Source of the DNA: Cystobasidiomycetes sp. EMM_F5
Taxonomy: Eukaryota
Direction of reading: 5' to 3'
DNA length: 64,000 nt
Assembly: GCA_051047955.1 (NCBI GenBank)
Contig: JBPGPT010000008.1
Location: 62,001 to 126,000 of the forward strand
Below the pieces are notes generated by a model, which was given only the letters and a program-made list of their open reading frames with translations, was not told the origin of the DNA and did no database searches. A program made the position numbers and the translations under genes. Positions 25,997 through 38,286 of the stretch are shown piece after piece; position 1 is the first letter of the stretch; each line of letters starts with the position of its first letter.

Positions 25997-28017
25997 CTAC
26001 GACCCTCCCTCGCCACGCGCACTTCGAAATCTAGATACTCGTTTTGGCTTGACTGCCTCTGACCCGTCTTTATCTGCCGAATGAACCTTTACCTCTGGTT
26101 GGATTTGTGGAGGTGGCATGGCCAGCACGGCCGATCTCTCCACCACGACGGGTGCGACAGATCTTACTGCCGGTTTGACCTCAGGAGGATGATCAGTGGG
26201 CGGTAAGGCTGCCTCCTGCACCTCATCCGGGCGAGGAGCAGGAATGACGCTGATATCGGCAAGATCATCGCCATTTTCCAATGCTCGCATATATCGCATA
26301 AACGTCTCAATCTCCTGCTGAGACATGCCCTTCAGGTCATGCGTGAGACCCTCGTTGCCCTCGTCTTGAGCCTCATCCCCGTCCTCGGCCGAAGCTTCCA
26401 CGTCGAATGGCCCAAGCTGGTCGCCAGGGAGAAGTTCGCTCTCAATATCAGACGGTCTCGGAGACAGCTGTGGAATAACCAATTGCGCGGTCTCAAGTCT
26501 ACCTGTCCTAAAGCGAGAGGGTCGGCGCCCGTCTCCCGTTCCACCCTCGTTGTCATCGTATTGTGCAATGGGTAATCCGCCCATGTCGGCTTGGGTCATT
26601 CCAGGCTTTATGACCCATAAAATAATCAGTCGGGAATCGTATATAGACAGACAACATCGCTCACCGTCTCGAAAGCATCATGATCACCATCCCCTCCGAG
26701 TGAGCCAGTGCCTCGCCCCGCACCCAGTTGGAAGCGACGTTGATGGTACTCGAGTGCTGCCTCGCGCATGGCAAGTAAATCGTCAATGTGGACATTATCA
26801 TCTTCGTCTTCGTCCGAGTCGTAGTTGTACAATTCGTCCGAGCCAGATGCGTCATCGTCATCATAGTACGCTTCGTCGTGGTCCACAGTGCCTTCCTCGT
26901 CGGCCGTCGGCTCAGAATTGCTCCATTGAGCGGATGATATCTCGCGCAATTGTCTCGGTAAGTACGCTGACAAGTCCACATGGCGTCCAGCGGGTTTGCC
27001 TTCGTTGGCATCGTGTGATCTCTCCGCAGCTGTGAGAGCTGGTGGTGGCCTAGTACTTTCCCTCTCGACCACTTTCGATTTGATTATTGTATCAGGCTGT
27101 GAGTTCTTGCTTGCAGTTGCGGGTTGTCGGGCAGTCTGGGCAGGTGCCTTTGAACGACGGTCATTTATTTGCTGTACTTGAGGAGAGCCAGGCTCGGGGA
27201 TCGCCTTGTCATCGATTTCCCCATCCTGGACGTTTGGTTCCGCAAAGCTGACTTGCTTGCGTTTGGGCGCTGTGTCGCTCGAAGCTGGTAGTGACGGACC
27301 TGGCTGTTGTTGCGAAACGGGTACTCGTATATTGCTGGAGGTCTGCCCAGACACTGGCAATGGATTTTTCACCTTGCTTTCACCTGCTATCGGCTCATCT
27401 TCTTCAAATTCCTCAATCTCCACAAAGGGCAAGCCTTCTTCATTGAGGAGCTGGAATGCGGAGGTCAGATACTATTCAACGAGGCCATGGCATGCCAGTA
27501 CGGCGCACCTCGTTGCGTTCGTTGACATGAGCGCCATCGATACCGACTTCGGCGCTGACTGCCGTTTGAGCCTTCTTGAGCGAGTCTTGCAATGCCTCTA
27601 GCTTTCCTATGACGGCTTGACTTGTATTGCAAGCTCAGTCGCTCAGCGGGGCGTCGTCTCTACAAACAACCAACCTTTTCGTCGTCTCTCGAGCACCTGG
27701 TGCGCTTGCTCGGCCGTGTACTCGACTCTGTAGCCATCGGGGGAGCTCTCCAAGAGCACAGTCACTTTATGCGTATCGACGACGCTGCCCGGAGCATACG
27801 CCAGTCTGGACGTGGATGCGACGGGAATCAGCGCACTCCACTGCTGTCCGCTGCTGAGTCGCTGCAAATCCCGCTGGACTCTGTCGATTCTGTCGAGCTG
27901 ATCTCTGAGCTCATGCTGGCCATGGCGTAGTGCTTGGACGGCCCGCAGAGTGTCGCTACTCGCTGGCACAGTCAGTGGTGTGAGCTTGCCCTTGCCCTTG
28001 GACCGAGTACTGGTCAT
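25997..28017 (-). CDS. BUD27: URI/Bud27-like unconventional prefoldin (prefoldin-like N-terminus, acidic middle, DUF3835-like C-terminus)
   Basis: ALIPVASTSRLAYAPGSVVDTHKVTVLL...YRVEYTAEQAHQVLERR, NEEGLPFVEIEE, MREAALEYHQRR, C-terminal KRVSRFRSAR. Confidence 0.75.
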
Positions 28018-28196
28018 CTCTTATAATGCATTTTCGTACAATGACAACCTAACCCAGATCATACATGCCATAGCCGTGTAAATTGTCAAGCTTTGTCGAC
28101 AAACAAGCAGCTTCTGCGAACAGCGTAGAATGACAAACTTTGTCGAATCACCCGCGAAAACCTCTCGTGTGCCGAATTCGACATTTGGAACTCCGT

Positions 28197-31100
28197 CTAT
28201 GCACAAAGTCTGCTCCAAAACCCCACCGGCGGCTTAGCTCTTTGGTAACGATGTCCGACCGGGTTGGCGACGCCCCCGTGTATTGTGCGAACCGTCACTG
28301 CACGAAGCATGCATGTCAGACAATCTACACGTTATTCCAGTTGTCGCACTCAACGTCACTAACCTCTTTCCGATCTCATTGCGCTCAGGGCACCGCACTG
28401 AGGAGGTCCTGATTCTATGCGCCAATTCATACGATCCCCTCCATTGGCCATTGGCTCTGTCAGAATAAACGGTTTGCGTCTGTGACGAAGGAACAAGCTC
28501 AGCAGGCTCGATAGACGCACATCGGCTTGTCTGGGCAGCTTGGACAGTACTAACCTGGCAGGAAGACCTCCACGAAGACGCAGAATGCGTCTGCCGTCGT
28601 CATCAGTGTAGAGAGGTAATTCAGTCTGCCTCAGATACCTTCGCCAATCTGGAAAGTTTAGCGCATCCGCATGGTTTCGTATATCGCGACCGAGATTATT
28701 GTCACGCGATGACCGTGATCTGAGCAGGTAGTTGACTAGCTCCTCCACCCGGTCGATGAAGACGATCAGAGTCTTGCACTCGTCGCGGCTCACAAAGGCT
28801 GGGTAGCCACGTTGAGCCCCGTCGCGGGTGACGACTTCGTACTGCATCAGATTCCTGACCCGGCTCATCAGATCGCTACCTTGACCCCAATTCCGCCGTA
28901 GCATGTCTCTCGCTACGAGCGTCCTACGCTCTTCATCCAGATGACCTAGAGCAAGGAATTCTGCAAATGGACGGTGAAACGGCTCGCTCGCCTCCAGGAC
29001 TGGATGTCGTTGCGGTCGAATCTCGAGTATCTTCTGGCGACGTTGTCGATACTCCCCTCTGTAATTGTTACCATTTCTGAGGCTTCTCGTTGGCATACTA
29101 CCGAAGAGACACGGTCACGGTAAGCAATCATGCAATCAGTTTATTGCAGCTTCGACTTACGGTACGTCTGTACTAGAAGACGATGATGAGCTGAATGACC
29201 AGCTGCTGAATGAACTAAATGACCAGCTGCTGGATGAACTGGAGCTTGAGCTGGCAGGGCGGCGAATGCTGTTGCGTACTGATGTTACATGAGGAGTTTG
29301 AAAAGTCTGCGCACGTTGCCGGCGATGGCGATTGTGGTCATGACCACCTCTAGGCCTTCTCGACGGACAATCAGTGAGATAACATCATCACAAATCAGGA
29401 CATACGGGAGGAAGGCGCTAGAAGACGAAGATGAGCTAGAGGATGGGCTATATCCGGAACTTGAGTCTGCAGGGTGCCGATGAGGTACCGATTGGCTACG
29501 ATATCTAGACGCGTTAGGCGTCCCGATAAACGTCGTTTGCGCCATGCCTTCGGCGTGTTGATTGCCATTATCGGCTGGACTGGTGACATTACCGATATCC
29601 CTCGTTTCTCTGTAGTCCCGCCCGAACTCGGATGTAAGAAAGTTGTCGACAGCTCGGGCTGGATCGACGGTGTTCATCGCTCTCCAGCGGCCGCCAGGCG
29701 CATTCAATGTATACCTCAGCAGGCGCGGATCTTCTCGACGACAGTAGCCACACTGTGCAGGAAGCGATGTGTTGCCTTGCACAGGAAGAACTTGTACTTG
29801 GCACTCTCTACGGCCGTAATCAGTAATGACGTGACATGCTACGTAAAAGGGGCCTACAAGTGGAACGCGTGTCCGCAGGAGAATACGTAACACTGTGCAG
29901 CATCGTTGTCCGACCACGATATTCCGCAGATTTCGCATTCGTCGCGACCGAAATAGCCTTGCCTTCCTACGAGACAAGACAAATCGCTGGCTCTTACCCA
30001 CGTTCCTGATGTGCCATGACGCGGGGTAACGATGGCCTGATATCTCCGCCACGCAGCTTCAGCTTCTGTGTCAACCGGCTGAGTGCCTGTCGACCTTCGC
30101 GCTGAACCTTGCGACAGGCCGGAGCCAGTCTCCGTAGGAGAAGGGAGATCTCCTGCAGCGGACATGGAGCTCCCACTGCTTTGCCTCGCAGCCGCCGTGT
30201 TTGCGTCGGCAACAGCTCTGGCCAACTCGGCGTCCATGACAATTCTTTGCATACGCTCGAATGTCCGAAGCGCAGCATCGTACGTCTGCTGCGTGACGTT
30301 GTCGATGCTGTAGAAGTGGGCGAGATGCATATTTGCTTCTGCCACCAACACTTCACCATGATCGAATGCCAGCGGCATCTGATTGACCATGAGTAGCAGA
30401 TTATCCCCTGCAGAGCAGAAGGAGGTTGAGTCAGAGCTTAAGTCAGAGCTTTCGGACTCTCCCAGCGGGAGTAGGTTTCGCTTACGAAGTCGTATGCTCA
30501 GAAGCCGCTGTCGACCAGGTGGCATTGCTGCAAAATCGTCAGACCGGCCGACACGCTGCGTCCCGTCCGTTTCGGCTGATGTATGACCCAAGTTCAACGA
30601 CGAGTAGTCCATGTTTTGAGAAGAATGTCAAAAGACGTACCGTTCTGCCGAGGACTAGCGTCTGCGGAATGCCTCGCTGATGACGATGCGTGAGAAGGTA
30701 CGGCAATTCCGATGGCTGAAACATTGGATTCAGAACCCTCTCTTTGCACTTCGATGGTGAAGTGTGCATACTACTGTCACCTTGCCGCGCACCTGCTGCA
30801 CTGCCACGGCGTTCGGAGGGGACGTTGCCGGGCAACATCGTTGCTGAACGTCGCTCAGGACTCTGGACACTATGACTGCGGTTCGACGTTGATGCTGGAC
30901 TGGCTGTTGGATGACGAGGGGGTCCTTCGCTCCGTGGCGGTACAGCTGCGGTCGTCATCAGAAATTCAGAAGCAAGCTTCAACACAATATAATGCGTACC
31001 TCGAGGTGACGCCATGCTCGGTGATACTGGTTCTAATGGACTGATGCGTCACTGTTTGCCCTTCTTTGATTGCCGGACATACGTACCCATGCCATCGCGC

Positions 31101-32410
31101 CTGTCCCCCGCTGCCGACACGTACATCAGCTCAAGTACGCGGTAAAATCTGCGTAACGCATAGTGACTCACCCGAAGAGTGGCGCGTGATACCAGAGCTG
31201 GCGACAGCATTGGCGACTCCGGGCGGGGGAGCGTTCTCAATGATCCTCTCGTAACACACCAAGGTAGGCCGGACTACAGCGCGGGTGTAGCCCAATCGGC
31301 GCCGAGCGGTGTCAGCGTACTCCAAGACTTCCTGTTGACTGACGCGGCGCCTGTTCTCGTCTTGATACTCCAGATACCACTGGCCATCGGTGTGACGACG
31401 AAAGCAGCTGTAGGTTCCGTGGTCTTGGTGGCCGCCCCGCCTTCTTCCATGATGGCATATTATGCCGTAAAGCCGATACCTCGTATTTTGACCCTGTACC
31501 GGCCACTGCGCGCGACCGCAGAGTCAAATACGATCAAACATTGGACGTGTGCACTTACTGCCATATACTCTCCAATGTCAATCTCCTGGTCAATAGTGAA
31601 TTGAGATCCTCTCGGAGGAGGCTGTAGACTAAACATGAGTACGTCTTGCGCTGTCTGAATGTATTGTCGATTTTGTCGAGACCGATTACAGCTACGGAAA
31701 GGGAGGTCAGTCGCATCGAGGGAGCACAGTGCAACCTCATACCTTCCACACCTCTGCTCGAGCAACGCGCCGTGATTCCAGCCACGCAAGCAAGCACGAA
31801 TGCTTTGATCTTGGTCGATAGGATTCAGTATAGGCAACGGATCAAGTGGGCTCCGTCTCCACGAGGAGTGTTGATCGTGTATCGGTAGCCCATGTTCATC
31901 CAAACACTCTAGACGAGTTATTGGCTGCCATCCAATCGCGCTTGTCCAGAGCATCGTGGAATGCAAGTCTGTTCGAGCATCAGCACGCAGGAGAATTACC
32001 CTCATTGCGTCCGCAGCGTCGTGCTCTTGTCCAGGCGAGAAGCGATCTGGTTGCATACGCAATTAGCAGGGTTCCGCGACCATACACATGGCTACCGAAA
32101 TACCCCGAATGACGCGGGTTGCAATCTCCTCTCGCAAGGTGATGAAGTCGAAGCCGCCATTATCCACGCCAACTGTTCCTAGCGCGTAGCTACTGAAGAG
32201 GCAAGCGAGACAATTTTGCTCATCTAAAGCCATATGATGGTGTCAGTACTGCCAGCCCGCCTCGGAAGCATGTTCGAGTTATTGCTTACCTCGACACGGT
32301 CTGTGGGAGGCAGTCCCTGCTTGAATACCGTCCAGTAGCGTATCGCTGAAAAGAATCATTCTTAGCACCGCAGACAAGTAGCATGTATTTGGTACCAGCC
32401 GATTGGACAT
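28197..32410 (-). CDS. Array copy 1: pseudo-USP + intact RING-H2 + Ser-rich linker + LRLRGG-containing domain
   Basis: ATG 32410 MSNRLVPNTCYLSAVL. Hand-spliced GT-AG introns keep frame through CEIC..CGHAFHL|ECQ..CGYC and ILRLRGGLPAR to ...KPPVGFWSRLCA* at 28197. Confidence 0.8.
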
Positions 32411-32945
32411 GTCTGAGGAGTGCGCTGGGACGCGAGAGCAAGGTGAATTAGCCTGGGGAATCCTCAGAATGGGATTCGTTGGCGCTAATCACTGTGCGAT
32501 GGAAAGAGGGGAAAGAGACGGACATTACGAGACTTGGAGCGTGCACTGCTGGAGCACCCAAACGCAGACGGTGGTCTGAGACGCTGTGCTAGAAGGGCTG
32601 TGGAGACTACCTTAGTGTGTAGTGCGATGAGATGACTGTCGCCTCCCCTTGTCAGCGTGTGATGCGGTGGACGTCAGTTGCAAGGGCCGTCGTCAATGGT
32701 TAGCTGCGGATGTCAAATTCACCGTGCTGCACTCAGACATGGCTGCGCTGCACTGCTGCATCTATATACGGCAGTCCGTAGTACGTAGCAAGCAGCCTGA
32801 GGCAGCTGGTGGCAAGAAGCAAGGACTACTCCAGCTGGGGTCCAAACACCGTACAAACACTTGACGGAGATCCATTACAATCTCAAAGTCTACTTCTAGA
32901 TTCTAAGCACATTATCTTATCCCGTACGCTCAATAACCTCTCCGC

Positions 32946-35900
32946 CTAGTAGTACCCTCTCAACTCGGAGCGCGAAGCTGTGACCAGCTCGTACGCGTGT
33001 CGCACGGGATGGACAACGCCATTGTGCACAGTCTGCGCATACACTGAACACCGTGTCTACTCCTTAGCCTTGGCATGACTTGCGAAGTGAGACTAGGACA
33101 AACTGACCTCGTTGCTGAAAACTGGATCTGCCAGAGGTGCTGTTTCGAGTCGCTGGCGTGATCCGCCAATTGTCGCGATCTCCTAAATTGGCCAGTGGCT
33201 GCGTCATAACGAACGGCCTGCGCCTACAGAGGGAGAAAAGGCTCGTTAAGCCTTGATAAAGACACATCGGCTTGCCTTAGCAGATTGCATGACCCTCACC
33301 TGGCGGGAAGTCCACCACGAAGGCGCAAAATGTGTCTGTCGTCATCATCAGCATAGAGGGGCAGCTCAATCTGCCTGAGATATCTTCGCCAATCTGGAAA
33401 GTCTAGCGCGGCCGCATGATCACGAATTTCGTAAGCAGAAGGGCGCGACGACCGTGATCTGAGCAGGTAGTTGACTAGCTCCTGCACCCGGTCGATGAAG
33501 AAGATCAAAGTCTTGCACTCGTCGCGGCTCACAAAGGCTGGATAACCACGTCGAGCACCATCGCGTGTATGGACTTCGTACTCCATAAGATCCCGAACGC
33601 GGCTCATAAGATCGTTACCTTGACCCCAGTTCCGACGCAGCATGTCTCTCGCTGCGAGCGTCCTCCGCTCCGTCCCACGCCTTCCGTTTAGATGACCTAG
33701 AGCTAGGAACTCTGCAAATGGGCGGTGAAATGGCTCGCTCGTTTCCAGGACTGGATGTCGCCGCTGTCGTGCCTGGAATATCGGCTGACTTCAATGTCGT
33801 TGATCTCGACTGTCATTTCTGCGCCTTCTTGTTGGCGTACTGCCAAAGGACACGGTCAAGGTAAACAATCAGCTTATTGCAGCTTCGACTTACGGTCGGT
33901 CAGGGCCAAAAGACGTTGACGAGCTGGATCCGGAGCTTGAGCTAGCGGGGCGGCGACTGCCATTGCGCACTGATGTTGCAGGAAAATCTTGAAGTGTCCG
34001 TCGATGTTGCCGCTTATCTCGACTGCGGTTGACACTATCCCTGGGCCTTCTCATCGTTGGACTTTCAGAGTGACATGATCAGCGCTCAGTGCTGTCGCCA
34101 CATACGGAAGGACATACGGATGCGACGTGTCAGAAGACAAAGATGAGCTAGAGGATGTGCTCTGTTCAGTACTAGAGCTTCCAGGACGCCGACTGCCGGG
34201 TGTTACTGGAGTTGTTGTGTGAGACTGTATCGTCTGGAGACGAGAACGGTAATCTGGACTGCTATGATGACCTCCTCCAGGCCTTGTCGTAGATGGACTG
34301 ACAATAAGTCGTGGTCAGTAAGTGCGCGCAGCTCATTGTGGTCTCGACTTACGGCAGGTTGGGGCTATAAGACGATGCTGAGCTGGATGTTGAGCTGGAC
34401 TCGGAGCTTGAGCTTGCTGAGCGCCTGCTGCCGTTGCCTACTGAAGTGGCAAGAGGAGGTTGAAGTGTCTGCGGGCGTTGCCGAGAATCTCGACTGTCAT
34501 CATCACCATCTCTGCGCCTTCTCGTTGGCGATCTGCCGAAGCGATACGGTCACGTTAAGCAACCAGCTCCGTAGCTTCGACTTACGGAAGTATGTCTAAA
34601 GACAATGATGAGTTGGACGACGAGCTGCTGGACGAGCTGGATCCTGAGCGTGGGTTGGCAGGACGCCGACTGCTGTTGTTTACCAGACTGGCTGGAGATG
34701 CACGCGATCGGATCCCATTGCCTTCAGCATCCCGCTGTGGAGGTCGCTGAGGGACGTCCGGAAATGGCGCAGCTGTCCTGTCGCGATGACCTGCCGGAGG
34801 AACGTCGGCGCCTATACTCGGCGGTCTGCTGGGAGCGGGCCTGAGCTGACCTTCAGGCCTGTTGACCATTGACGGTGGAAGTCTGGCTGTTCCATCCTCA
34901 GAAGGACGCGGATCAGCGCGACTTGAGGTAATAGCATGCTGGCATGCAGTGCGCTCTCTATAGCTCCTCCCATACTCGCTCGAGAGAAAGTCGTCGATTG
35001 TGTGCCTGCCGATTGCGAGGGCACTGGCGTACGGTGTGCGCCAATGTAGGTAGTTTGCAAGAAGATCATCTTGCTGGCGACAATGTATGCATCGGGAGGG
35101 AGACATATGGTTATTAGACCCGGAAATACTAACCTGACCTGACCTGCAAGTTTGGTCAGAAGGCAGCGTGGCAGGACTCACAATTAAGCTTACAGATGCG
35201 TTACGTGTCCACAGCTGAAGACGTAACAGTCTCGTGCTGTATGCTGTGACCACGCTTCCAAGCATATGCCGCATGCGGCATTGACACCGTCCCGGTTGTC
35301 AAGGAGAGCTAGCTCATCTGATGTCATACACAAACCTCCGGAGCGGTCGCCATTGCGAAGAGCCTGATACCTTTGCCACGCAGCTTCAGCTCGAGGATGG
35401 CTTGATGGTGTTGATCCAGATTGCTGCCTATTGGAAGTAGTGTGACCAGTAGAGCGCCGAGACCTGGACGCGGAGCCCGCATTTGATGCATTTGGTACTG
35501 CAGCCTGTTGTGTAGGGGCAAGCGCCTCCGCTCTTCTCTGTGCGGCCGCCATAACGGCACGTTGAATCCGCTGCGATGCTTGGTACGCAGCTTCGTAAAC
35601 TTCGTTTGCACTGTCCAATACACGATGGGCAGTGAGGTCGGAGAATCGTGTGTTGATATGGTCGCGGTGCAGGCCTGCTTCAGCGCGCAGAGCTTGGCTA
35701 TTCTCAATCTCAAGCGGCACGTTATTCGCTAGTCGATCAAGCTCATCGCCTAATGGAAAGGTAGCTTAGGTCACGATCCTGCCTTTCGAGCAGAAGATGC
35801 TTTACTTACGAAGACCTTCAATCCGCAGCCGCCGTCGGTACATTGGCTCTGGTGAACCATTGTCGTGAGAAGAGCTACGATTCTGGACATTGTCATACCG

Positions 35901-37699
35901 GTCCAAAACCGGCTCTCGGGCACTTGTTGGGCGACTAGAGCGATCTTCGCGAGCAAACTGAAGGTCCCAGTACTGAATGTATTCGTTTGCCCGGTTCAGG
36001 ACCACTCGAGTCACGTCCGCATTCCTCATGCGCCGAAGATGAAAGCGGGCTTCCGAGGGGCCGTGTCTCGTGTCTTCGGTTGGGGGAAAGCGCTGCAAGA
36101 TTTCTTGTAATCTCACGTCTGTTTAGATGGCACGACCAGCGCTCAGACACATAGACAAACCGACAGGTCTCCACCTACCGCAATTCGCGATCTCTTCTGG
36201 TGTTGGCACTGGATTGGATGTCAGAGAGGGTGGTCAGGTGAATATTCAGTTCCCGATGTATTGCGCACCTGGCATCATTCTGGGTGACAGAGGACCTGTC
36301 ACACAGTAGCGCGTCAGCCTTGCCCTCATACCACGCCAGAGAAACTCACGCTGGTGCTCGCGATCCTCGCTTACTGCGCTCGCATGACTTAGCGCCACAA
36401 GTGGGTTTAGATGACAATACTTACCAGGGAGGCGATGGCCAGACAGGGAGTTGCCGGCTACAATTGCAGCTTCGGGGTGCCGAGCCTCTGCTTCCCCATT
36501 GATTCTCTCGTAACACACCAAGGTAGGCCGGACTACAGCGTGAGTATAACCCAATCGGCGCCGAGCGGTGCGAGCGTAATCTAAGACTTCCTGTCGGTTA
36601 ACAGAGCGCCTGGGTTCGTCTTGATACTCCAGATACCACTGGCCGTCAGTATCACGATGAAAACAGCTATAGGTGCCATGATCTTGGTTGCCTTCCTCCC
36701 TTGTTCCGTGATGGCATATTATGCCGTAAAGCCTATACGTTGTACTTTGACCCTGTACCGGCCACTACGCGCGATCGCAAAGTCAAACACGTGGTCACGC
36801 TTTGAAGGTGCGCACTTACTGCCATATACTCCCCAATGTCAATCTCCTCACCAATGCTGAATCCCAAGCCCTCCGGAGGAGGCTGCAAATTGAACATCAG
36901 TACGTCTTGCGCTGTTTGAATACATTGTCGATTTCGTCGACGCCGACCACATCTACGGGAAAGAAGTTCAATCACATTCAACGAGCAGAGGGCAGTTGCG
37001 TACGTGAGACATGGGCGATCGAGTACCCCGCCGTCGCTCCAATGACGCAAAGCATCACGAATGCTTCCATTCCCGTCGACAGGATGAAGTATGGGTAACG
37101 GATCACTTGGATCCGGTCGCCAAGGGGAGTGTTGATCGTGTATTGGTAGCCCATGTTCATCCAGACACTCCAGACGACCCGTAGATTGCCAGCCGATAGC
37201 GCTTGTCCAGAGCATTGTGGGATGCTGTCCCGTTCGAGCTCGCGCTCGCGAGATCACAATCCTCATTGCGTCCGCAGCATCGTGCTCTTGTCCAGGCTGT
37301 AAGCGATCTAGTGGCATACACAATCAATCAGCAGGGTCCCACGACCATACACACGTACACTGAGTTACTCTGAATGACGCGGGTCGCAATCTGCTCTCGC
37401 AGGGCGATGAAATCAAAATTTCCGCTGGCTATACCTGCTAATTCCAGAGCATAGCGAGCGAAGAGGCAAGCGAGACATCTTTCTCTATCTACAAACACAT
37501 GCGAGGTTAGCCCGGCGAATTCCGCTCGAAGGCATTTTTGGATAGATTGCTTACTGCTGCAAGTAATGTGAGCTCTAGTCCCGTCTGCAATGCTATCCAG
37601 CAGTGTCTCGCTAAAGAGAATCATTCTCAGCACCGCAGACAGATAGCATGTGTTGGGCACCAGTGATGCTTCTTGCGAAGAGGACGCGGACGTGGACAT
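32946..37699 (-). CDS. Array copy 2: same architecture, three extra Ser-rich exons, in-frame TGA at 33791-33793 before the C-terminal domain (possibly truncated)
   Basis: ATG 37699. USP boxes, degenerate RING (CGIC..CGHVTHLSG..CIHC), HILRLRGGLPAR, final exon ends ...SELRGYY* at 32946. Confidence 0.72.
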
Positions 37700-38286
37700 G
37701 GCGGAGGGGAGCGTTGCGACGTAAATATGTGATTCTCGTGGGCTGCTTGGAGGATGGTGGGGAATGAGTATTTGGCGTTGTTACTTACAATGCGAAAGGA
37801 GAGAGACCGTCGTCGCCTTTTTGTAGATTAATGCCATCCTGCAGGTAAGCTTCAATGACACGCTGTGCTGACAGAGGCTGTGGGTGGGGTGTTTCCGTTC
37901 AATAGCGGGACAATGGCCAGCGAGATGTGAAGGGGAAGGATGTAGAGGGAAAGGGCAGTGTCAGTGTCAGTGTTAGTCATAGCCTGACCGCTCATTGTCA
38001 GTCAGTCATCAGCTACCGCGTTGCTTCTGCCGAATAGACCAGGCTGTCGGAAGTTGCAACCAGCTCATAGCGGCATATGTCCTGGCCCGTTATTAATCGA
38101 ACGTCGTGGGTTGCCAGTTAAACAATTCCCGTATGAGCGGCAACTTCAAGTTGTATGAGCTGAGAGCATTTCGGGCGAAGTCGACAACGAGCAGCTTTCG
38201 CCCGAAGATGCTCCGCATCGATCAGCTGAGTATCAAACAGCACTCAATGTCCGTACATCTGTCTGGAAATGCCATATAATGCTCAT

